From a virus, in IMG/VR virus record IMGVR_UViG_3300009285_000030: a stretch of DNA of 38,390 nt. One strand, given 5' to 3'. The translations under genes were made by a program, and so were the position numbers. Below, one piece after another: positions 33,182 to 38,390 of this stretch. The notes under the pieces were generated by a model that had not been told where the DNA came from, ran no database searches, and saw nothing but the letters and a program-made list of their open reading frames with translations. The number at the start of each line of letters is the position of its first letter. Position 1 is the stretch's first letter.

Positions 33182-33355
33182 ATGGCACACGAATGTCCTG
33201 ATTGTGGACAACAATGTTATTGCAACGGTGATATTGACGATTGTTGTAATAACTTTGAGGCTGATGTCATGCGTTGTACTCACTGTGAGGGTGAACCTGA
33301 TGATGTTGAGGACACTTGGGATGATTATGCAACAGAATTAAAGGAGGTTATATGA
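33182..33355 (+). CDS. Cys-rich mini-protein (57 aa)
   Basis: The sequence begins MAHECPDCGQQCYCNGDIDDCCNNFEADVMRCTHCEGEPDD. The RBS is AAAGGAG. It is preferred over the overlapping 33048..33341. Confidence 0.5.
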   Translation: MAHECPDCGQQCYCNGDIDDCCNNFEADVMRCTHCEGEPDDVEDTWDDYATELKEVI

Positions 33356-33549
33356 AACTATTATTCAAGTGGAACATATCTTTTGAGAAGCATTACTACA
33401 AATCGGTCAGGTTGGAATATCTGGTAAGGCTCTGGCATCCGGTGAAATATAGACCACCGAAGAAACCAAAGTTACAACAATTCCCAAATAAGGGGCAGAC
33501 AGGTGAAATGATTTCAGGTTTTGGTGAATCAAAGGAGGAGGTTAAATAA
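33352..33549 (+). CDS. Hypothetical protein (65 aa)
   Basis: AAGGAGG lies 4 nt upstream, and there is an ATATGA overlap with the previous ORF. Confidence 0.5.
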   Translation: MKLLFKWNISFEKHYYKSVRLEYLVRLWHPVKYRPPKKPKLQQFPNKGQTGEMISGFGESKEEVK

Positions 33550-33773
33550 TGGCAGAACTAGAAGTTTCAAAGAGGTTCCGTATCAACATATCTACCAGCG
33601 TTAAGGGTGTGAAAACCTACGACTGCACAGTGGACATAGAGCGTAAGATAATTGGTGGTGGAGAAGTTGATACTGATAATGAATATCAAAGGCAGGAGAT
33701 TTTAGCTGAGAGCGATAAGTTGACAGCGGAACTTGATAAAAGATACCCACCATCAGTCGAAGAAAAGAAATGA
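33549..33773 (+). CDS. Hypothetical protein (74 aa)
   Basis: It has a GGAGGAGG RBS. Confidence 0.55.
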   Translation: MAELEVSKRFRINISTSVKGVKTYDCTVDIERKIIGGGEVDTDNEYQRQEILAESDKLTAELDKRYPPSVEEKK

Positions 33774-34864
33774 TAACCACAGAGACGATGCCCTATGAGA
33801 CTATGCAGAAGAGAGTGGACAGCCACAGTTGCGGTGTCTGCCAGGGCAACTTAACGATTGCTTGGGGCGGTGCCTATGGTTTCAATGGTTATATTCTCAG
33901 GTGTGGTAATGACATCAACCACGACATTCTTACGGACTATAAAAGACCATCACCCGAATACGAAGAGGGAAATAAATTATTCAGGAGGTTATACGGAATG
34001 GACTCAACAGCTTTAATGAACATGAACAAGGAGACAATGCTGGCCCGGGTTTCTCAGGCAAAGTTCCCGAAAGACCTGACCAAAGATGAGAAAGCTTTGA
34101 TTGCCGAAGTATCAAGAAGCTATGGGCTTGACCCCTTGATGCAGGAACTAATGATTTACCAGGGCAATCCATATCTTACTATCAATGCCAGATACCGCAA
34201 GGCACAAGAGACGGGCTTGTTTGATGGCATTGATACCCGGCCAGCCACAAAGACAGAGCGCTCAGACCGCAATGCTAAAGATGGTGATTATCTTTATCGT
34301 TGTGAAGTTTGGAAGAGAAGCTCCACTCATCCCTTTGTCGGCTGGGGAAGAGTAAGGGGAGCCGAGACGCAGGGTGATACCCATTTACCAGTAGTCAAAG
34401 ACCCGGATAGGCAAGCGGAGAAGAGGGCAGAGGTAATGGCTTTGCGTAAGGCTTTCAGTATGCCGATACCCTTCCAGAGTTGGGAGGAATTTCAAGAACA
34501 GGCCGCCGCCGAGAAGGTTATTATTACTGATTCCACTGGTAAAGTCTTAAATACTACCACTGGTGAGATAACCGAACCCGAAGCAAAGCCAGAAGCCTCT
34601 ACTTCTGTGCCTGAAAAACAAAGCCAGGGGGTTACTCAAGAGGAAGCAGGACAAAGTGGTCAGAATGAAAAGAATAAGGGTGTCACAAAAAGGGACACTG
34701 CAACCATTAAGACGATAACTGATATGTATAAAGCCTGCCATGTTGATTTCGGTATGCAACCGGCCATGGTTATGGCTGAGCTAAACGTTAATAGTTGGAA
34801 GGAATTGACACTGACCCCGGCAGAGGCGTATAGAACGATTGCCAGTGTCCATACTAAGGAATAG
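33770..34864 (+). CDS. RecT/Bet-like single-strand annealing protein with an N-terminal Cys cluster and an acidic tail (364 aa)
   Basis: SRSYGLDPLMQELMIYQGNPYLTINARYRKAQETGLFDGI and AEKRAEVMALRKAF resemble RecT/Bet family blocks. Confidence 0.7.
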   Translation: MITTETMPYETMQKRVDSHSCGVCQGNLTIAWGGAYGFNGYILRCGNDINHDILTDYKRPSPEYEEGNKLFRRLYGMDSTALMNMNKETMLARVSQAKFPKDLTKDEKALIAEVSRSYGLDPLMQELMIYQGNPYLTINARYRKAQETGLFDGIDTRPATKTERSDRNAKDGDYLYRCEVWKRSSTHPFVGWGRVRGAETQGDTHLPVVKDPDRQAEKRAEVMALRKAFSMPIPFQSWEEFQEQAAAEKVIITDSTGKVLNTTTGEITEPEAKPEASTSVPEKQSQGVTQEEAGQSGQNEKNKGVTKRDTATIKTITDMYKACHVDFGMQPAMVMAELNVNSWKELTLTPAEAYRTIASVHTKE

Positions 34865-35054
34865 CACCTTAAAAATTTAATAGCTGGTGTTAGCTCTCCT
34901 GACAAGGGCGGGTTGAAGAAGTCCACCGCTGTTGACACTAAAGCTCAGCGAGACACTATTAGTCGGCAGCTTATTAGGAATTAAGCAATACAATGCGTTA
35001 CCAAGAATATATTATGACAATTCCAATTATTAGATAGTAGGGAGGTGATAAAAG

Positions 35055-35447
35055 ATGACAGAGCTGTCAGGTATGACACCAAAAGAGAAAGTTCAGGAAT
35101 CTCTTAGACAAAATAAGATGACCAGTCCTGAAGAACAAAGGGTGAGAGAGGAAATAGAAAAGATATTATCTGGTGCTGAAACCCCAGAGCGTTTTCCGAG
35201 TGGTAATATTCTTCATAGTGCGAGTCTTTCAATCACTCAAGTTAGGAATTTATCAGAAGATATACTCTCCAAATTCCAGAAACATTATGAAGGCTACCTG
35301 AGTCCAGAGGAAGTTGAGGCAAAGGTAGAGGAAGCCAAGACGCAGGAGAGGGAGAGGATAGTCAACCAGTTGGTGCATTGGCAACAAGATGGAACACACC
35401 TTATTTCTAGTGAAGCAATTCAGTCCCTCAAGGAGGGTAAGAAATGA
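35055..35447 (+). CDS. Hypothetical acidic protein (130 aa)
   Basis: It has a GGGAGGTGA RBS. Confidence 0.55.
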   Translation: MTELSGMTPKEKVQESLRQNKMTSPEEQRVREEIEKILSGAETPERFPSGNILHSASLSITQVRNLSEDILSKFQKHYEGYLSPEEVEAKVEEAKTQERERIVNQLVHWQQDGTHLISSEAIQSLKEGKK

Positions 35448-35530
35448 AGGTATTAAGGATAGATAAGCGTTGTAATCCTAGATGTGGTTGGTATTGTAAA
35501 GGATGTCCATTCAAAAGGAGAAAGAAATGA
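35444..35530 (+). CDS. Possible Cys-rich mini-ORF (28 aa)
   Basis: The sequence is MKVLRIDKRCNPRCGWYCKGCPFKRRKK. It is ATGA-coupled at both ends. Confidence 0.3.
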   Translation: MKVLRIDKRCNPRCGWYCKGCPFKRRKK

Positions 35531-36039
35531 AACTAGCTCTTAATATTCTAACAGCCCTAATAATTGGATTTGCTCTCGGTGGCTGGTACGTAGAATATCA
35601 ATGGAGACCATTTGCAGAGAGGCTGGAGAATGACCTAAGGATTGTTAGCGACCTAAATGGCTATCATTTTAAACTTCTAGTTGAGACGGATAAAAACATT
35701 AAGCAACTGACTGCCGATACAGAAACAGCTACCAAATTAGCTCAACTTTACGAAAAGAGTTATCTTCAAGCAGAAGCGCAATTAGACTTCCTCAAGAAAA
35801 ACCCTATAATCAAAGAAGTCTATATTGACAGGCTTGTCTATCTACCAGCTACAGAAGGTGAAATCAGAACAGCATTTGAAACCCTTGAGATGGGACTTAC
35901 TTCTCATTACTGGTATATTCTGAATCCACAAGCACAGTCGGTTACTTCAGGGAACACAGCTACGAACCTTGAGTGGGTAGCCCGGTATGAACTTCTACAG
36001 AGACTATTTGAACAGGCTTATGGGAAACGAGAGAGGTGA
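35527..36039 (+). CDS. N-terminally membrane-anchored coiled-coil protein (170 aa)
   Basis: The TM segment is LALNILTALIIGFALGGWYV. AAGGAG lies 6 nt upstream of the ATG at 35527. Confidence 0.55.
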   Translation: MKLALNILTALIIGFALGGWYVEYQWRPFAERLENDLRIVSDLNGYHFKLLVETDKNIKQLTADTETATKLAQLYEKSYLQAEAQLDFLKKNPIIKEVYIDRLVYLPATEGEIRTAFETLEMGLTSHYWYILNPQAQSVTSGNTATNLEWVARYELLQRLFEQAYGKRER

Positions 36040-36040
36040 G

Positions 36041-36238
36041 ATGAGTGATAAGCATTTAACAATATTAGTTCATCTGTGGCTTGACGAAAGAAATCTAAGA
36101 GCCACAACAGCTAAGAAATGGCAACGACATGAATCTAAGGGTAATGTTCGTTCCTACTGGTGGAATTACTTCCGAGTAAATGGTAATTGGTGGGGCTTTA
36201 ATGTTTATGATGATGAGAAGGTTGAAAGGTTAGTCTAA
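36041..36238 (+). CDS. Hypothetical Trp-rich protein (65 aa)
   Basis: GAGAGGTGAG lies directly upstream of the ATG. Confidence 0.5.
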   Translation: MSDKHLTILVHLWLDERNLRATTAKKWQRHESKGNVRSYWWNYFRVNGNWWGFNVYDDEKVERLV

Positions 36239-36263
36239 TCAGTCACTATAGCAAGGAGAAAGA

Positions 36264-36395
36264 ATGATACTTGATTTAATAATTACCCGGATAGCTCTAG
36301 GCTTTTTACTCCTGGTTATTATAGGGACTCTCTTGTGGCTCTGGGTACGGACTTGGAATGTAACCATCCGACATAAAGGTTGGCATAAGAAATGA
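36264..36395 (+). CDS. Mini TM protein (43 aa)
   Basis: The sequence is MILDLIITRIALGFLLLVIIGTLLWLWVRTWNVTIRHKGWHKK. The RBS is AAGGAGAAAG. Confidence 0.5.
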   Translation: MILDLIITRIALGFLLLVIIGTLLWLWVRTWNVTIRHKGWHKK

Positions 36396-36409
36396 GTAAC
36401 CTTCTAAGA

Positions 36410-36438
36410 GGTTTAATCTATGGACTTTAATCAGATAA
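36410..36438. repeat. 29-bp cassette boundary A2 (plus-strand copy)
   Basis: It is identical to the reverse complement of 30744..30772. Confidence 0.95.
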
Positions 36439-36488
36439 CAAAAGCCAGTAGGATATTCGTTCTGATTACCTGTAGCGAGAGTCGGTAA
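36420..36488 (+). other. 22-aa mini-ORF starting with the methyltransferase 5' end (MDFNQI...); either a leader peptide or a remnant
   Basis: The first 19 nt of this ORF are identical to the start of 29533..30762, after which the sequences diverge. Confidence 0.3.
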
Positions 36489-36526
36489 CGAGTTAGTCGT
36501 CAGAGTGAATAAGGGGCTGAAATAGA

Positions 36527-37180
36527 ATGAATTCAGACAAGATAATTCTTGACCTATGTGGCGGGACTGGGGCTTGGAGTAAGCCCTATAAAGAGGCGGG
36601 ATATGATGTTCGCCTTATTACTTTGCCTGAACAAGACGTGCGGACATACCAACCGCCAGCGGGCGTTTATGGAATACTCGCAGCGCCACCTTGTACTGAG
36701 TTTGCAATAAGTGGTGTGAGGTGGTGGAAAATGAAACCACCAGAATTACTAACTGAGGCTTTGGAAGTAGTTAATTCTTGCCTTGATATAATTTTGCTTT
36801 TAACTGACCCGGTTTTTTGGGCACTTGAAAATCCAGTAGGTAGACTACCTCGGCTAGTACCAAGACTAGGGAAGTGGAGATACACTTTTCAACCTTACGA
36901 TTACGGCGACCCTTGGACAAAACGAACCTGTATTTGGGGAAAGCATAATATACCAATGAAAGTACCTGTTGAACCGGTAGGTTCTTATCTGGGAAGCGGG
37001 CATATGGCGCATGGAAAAACGTTAGGTATTGTAGACCATCCGCTCATGTTGCTAAAACCTGACCAAATCTTTTTTCCACCTGATTGGATACACAAGTTGC
37101 CACCTTCAGCAGATAGAGCCACATTAAGAAGTATCACACCAGCTGGCTTCAGTAGAGCATTTTTTGAGGCTAATAAATAG
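36527..37180 (+). CDS. Short C5-cytosine-methyltransferase-like protein (217 aa)
   Basis: Motif I is ILDLCGGTGAWS, motif IV is APPCTEFAISG, motif VI is ALENPVGRL, and a motif VIII-like block is YDYGDPWTKRTCIWG. The space for a target-recognition domain is very small. Confidence 0.7.
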   Translation: MNSDKIILDLCGGTGAWSKPYKEAGYDVRLITLPEQDVRTYQPPAGVYGILAAPPCTEFAISGVRWWKMKPPELLTEALEVVNSCLDIILLLTDPVFWALENPVGRLPRLVPRLGKWRYTFQPYDYGDPWTKRTCIWGKHNIPMKVPVEPVGSYLGSGHMAHGKTLGIVDHPLMLLKPDQIFFPPDWIHKLPPSADRATLRSITPAGFSRAFFEANK

Positions 37181-37186
37181 CGTCTC

Positions 37187-37218
37187 TCTCAAAGCGTAAT
37201 GAACCTGTCTCTTTAGAA
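37187..37218. repeat. 32-bp cassette boundary B2 (plus-strand copy)
   Basis: It is identical to the reverse complement of 29514..29545 and starts 6 nt after the stop of 36527..37180. Confidence 0.95.
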
Positions 37219-37228
37219 GGAGGTTAAA

Positions 37229-37672
37229 ATGAGCATAACTGAAGATGAACTTGCCAAACTGCTTGCCGAGAATCCTGACCTGAAAGTGAAACAGGAGAAC
37301 CCTTCGACTCCGCTCAGGGTGAACCCCTTACCCCGATTAGTCCGGGCTTTAGAACAGAAGCCCCACAAATACCACGCCCAAAGAACTGAATACAATGGTA
37401 GGTGGTACGCCAGCAAGAAAGAAGCTCTCCACGCTCAGGAAAACGACTTAAAGATTAAGGCAGGTTATCTGGACTTTTATTTGACTCAGGTACCATTTCG
37501 CTTACCCGGCGGAATTACCTACCGGGCCGACTTTGCTGAGTTTACTAGGGTAGTTAATACTCCTATTTTTGAAGTTCACTGGGTTGATACCAAAGGTTAT
37601 GATACGCCGGTAAGCGACTTAAAGAGGAAACAGGTTAAGGAAATCTACGGCATTGAGATTGAGGTAATTTAG
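37229..37672 (+). CDS. DUF1064 protein, endonuclease-fold; putative junction resolvase (147 aa)
   Basis: KYHAQRTEYNGRWYASKKEA...YRADFAEF...VDTKGYDT matches the DUF1064 pattern. Confidence 0.7.
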   Translation: MSITEDELAKLLAENPDLKVKQENPSTPLRVNPLPRLVRALEQKPHKYHAQRTEYNGRWYASKKEALHAQENDLKIKAGYLDFYLTQVPFRLPGGITYRADFAEFTRVVNTPIFEVHWVDTKGYDTPVSDLKRKQVKEIYGIEIEVI

Positions 37673-37674
37673 AA

Positions 37675-37827
37675 ATGGCTGGTACATCAGGTACATCAAG
37701 ATTCACTACACGAGTATCTATAAGACTTCCTAACGAGATGGTGCGGACACTTGAACGTAGAATTAACGGCAGCAGGTCAAGGTGGTCAAGTGTGGGTGAA
37801 TTACTTGAAGGAACGCATCATCTATGA
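37675..37827 (+). CDS. Ribbon-helix-helix (CopG/Arc-like) protein (50 aa)
   Basis: RVSIRLPNEMVRTLERRI is a typical RHH strand plus helix 1. Confidence 0.6.
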   Translation: MAGTSGTSRFTTRVSIRLPNEMVRTLERRINGSRSRWSSVGELLEGTHHL

Positions 37828-37901
37828 CGTAGAGCGAAAGCACTATCGCTTAAATAAAGACAAGAGAAGTAGTTTTAAGAAATTACAAAAGGAGGTTAAA
37901 G

Positions 37902-38084
37902 ATGGAAGTCAAAACAGTAGATAAGAAATACTTGCTCAAACAAATTGCTAGCCTCTTGGCTTATTTAGACCAGGAAATCCTGAAGAGCAAACCGAGATGG
38001 TGTCCGGCAACTATTTACCTGTGGTGGGTACAGGTAGAGGTAGGAATAAAGGAATGGTTTGAAGATGGCTATTCCATTTACTGA
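37902..38084 (+). CDS. Hypothetical protein (60 aa)
   Basis: It has an AAAGGAGG RBS. Confidence 0.5.
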   Translation: MEVKTVDKKYLLKQIASLLAYLDQEILKSKPRWCPATIYLWWVQVEVGIKEWFEDGYSIY

Positions 38085-38232
38085 TTTAGAAGAAGCCCGC
38101 GAGAACCGGGAGCGTATTGAGAAGGACAGGTTGACAGAGAAACAGCAACCAGATATTCCGTTCCCTGTGCGTCATAAGAAACCTAAAAAGAAAGTGAGAA
38201 AAACAGGAGAACCTATGAGGAGAAGAAAATAA
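38065..38232 (+). CDS. Possible basic protein (55 aa)
   Basis: The sequence begins MAIPFTDLEEARENRERIEKDRLTEKQQPDIPFPVRHKKPKKKVRK. The plus strand is purine-rich here, as in other plus-strand genes. The RBS is weak. Confidence 0.35.
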   Translation: MAIPFTDLEEARENRERIEKDRLTEKQQPDIPFPVRHKKPKKKVRKTGEPMRRRK

Positions 38233-38270
38233 CTCACTACCCAATACTTGACCACCGCATCTCCGACATT

Positions 38271-38390
38271 TCATTTGACATCAGTTTTCTTTTTCCGTTC
38301 GTCTCTTAGAAACTCCATAAGTTCAATAGCTTTTGCTAAAGATTTGTTTACTTGCTGTAACAGAGAAATTATCATCTTCAGTTCTTTCTG
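38271..38390 (-). CDS. C-terminal 39 codons of a 41-aa ORF that crosses the circular junction; its ATG is at 83..81
   Basis: The sequence is MEQKELKMIISLLQQVNKSLAKAIELMEFLRDERKKKTDVK. It starts 2 nt after the stop of 86..277. Confidence 0.3.
   Translation of the reverse strand, partial: QKELKMIISLLQQVNKSLAKAIELMEFLRDERKKKTDVK
38314..38390. repeat. Terminal repeat copy 2
   Basis: It is identical to 1..77. Confidence 0.95.

Noticed and set aside
33048-33341. A 97-aa plus-strand ORF from the track.
   Set aside because: It lacks an RBS and has low-complexity hydrophobic and odd composition. The overlapping 33182..33355 frame has a good RBS and a Cys-rich product coupled to the next gene.
34865-35054. 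A possible tRNA or promoter in the 190-bp gap after the RecT-like gene (AGCTCAG D-loop-like string; TTGACA at 34932).
   Set aside because: There is no T-loop (GTTCGAATC-like) or acceptor pairing. The best -10 after the TTGACA is 19 nt away (TATTAG), which is poor spacing.
38086-38274. A 62-aa minus-strand ORF (MKCRRCGG...) whose ATG overlaps the stop of the junction-spanning ORF (ATGA).
   Set aside because: In this genome coding strands are purine-rich, and this stretch is purine-rich on the plus strand. The plus-strand ORF 38065..38232 fits better, and the minus-strand product has an odd composition. I kept it as a doubt rather than a call.
1-38390. Stop-codon reassignment, a prophage context, or a CRISPR array.
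   Set aside because: Standard-code ORFs tile the genome, including one of 2,313 aa. There is no flanking bacterial DNA and no integrase. No regularly spaced direct repeats were seen.

Overview
This window is a complete, circularly closed genome of a tailed dsDNA phage. It has 38,313 unique bp, and bases 1-77 are identical to 38314-38390, so it is probably a metagenome assembly. No rRNA, tRNA, CRISPR array, integrase or transposase was seen. Layout: (1) A minus-strand late arm runs from 25930 down to 86 and across the junction. It carries TerS, mini-ORFs, TerL, portal, a 2,313-aa virion protein, a strong intrinsic terminator, scaffold, an HK97-like capsid protein, about 20 virion, fibre and lectin-like genes, and a lysis cassette. 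No tail tube, sheath or canonically placed tape-measure gene is present, which suggests a podovirus-like virion. (2) An AT-rich palindrome and repeat array lies between the divergent TerS and HNH genes. (3) The early region has three units. One is rightward (HNH, ArdC-N-like, zinc ribbon). One is a leftward operon, 31747 to 27592 (apparently leaderless small HTH, TM peptide, PF07505 three-Cys protein, SPPY methyltransferase, Cys/His protein, RecA-like ATPase). One is rightward, 31937 to 38232 (many mini-proteins, RecT/Bet-like annealase, C5-methyltransferase-like protein, DUF1064, RHH). The most unusual observation is that the two unrelated methyltransferase genes sit in cassettes with identical 29-bp 5' and 32-bp 3' boundaries. 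These boundaries form nested inverted repeats around the promoter-bearing early segment, which is a candidate invertible or cassette-swapping DNA-modification switch. All product names come from motif recognition by eye. No database search or folding program was run.
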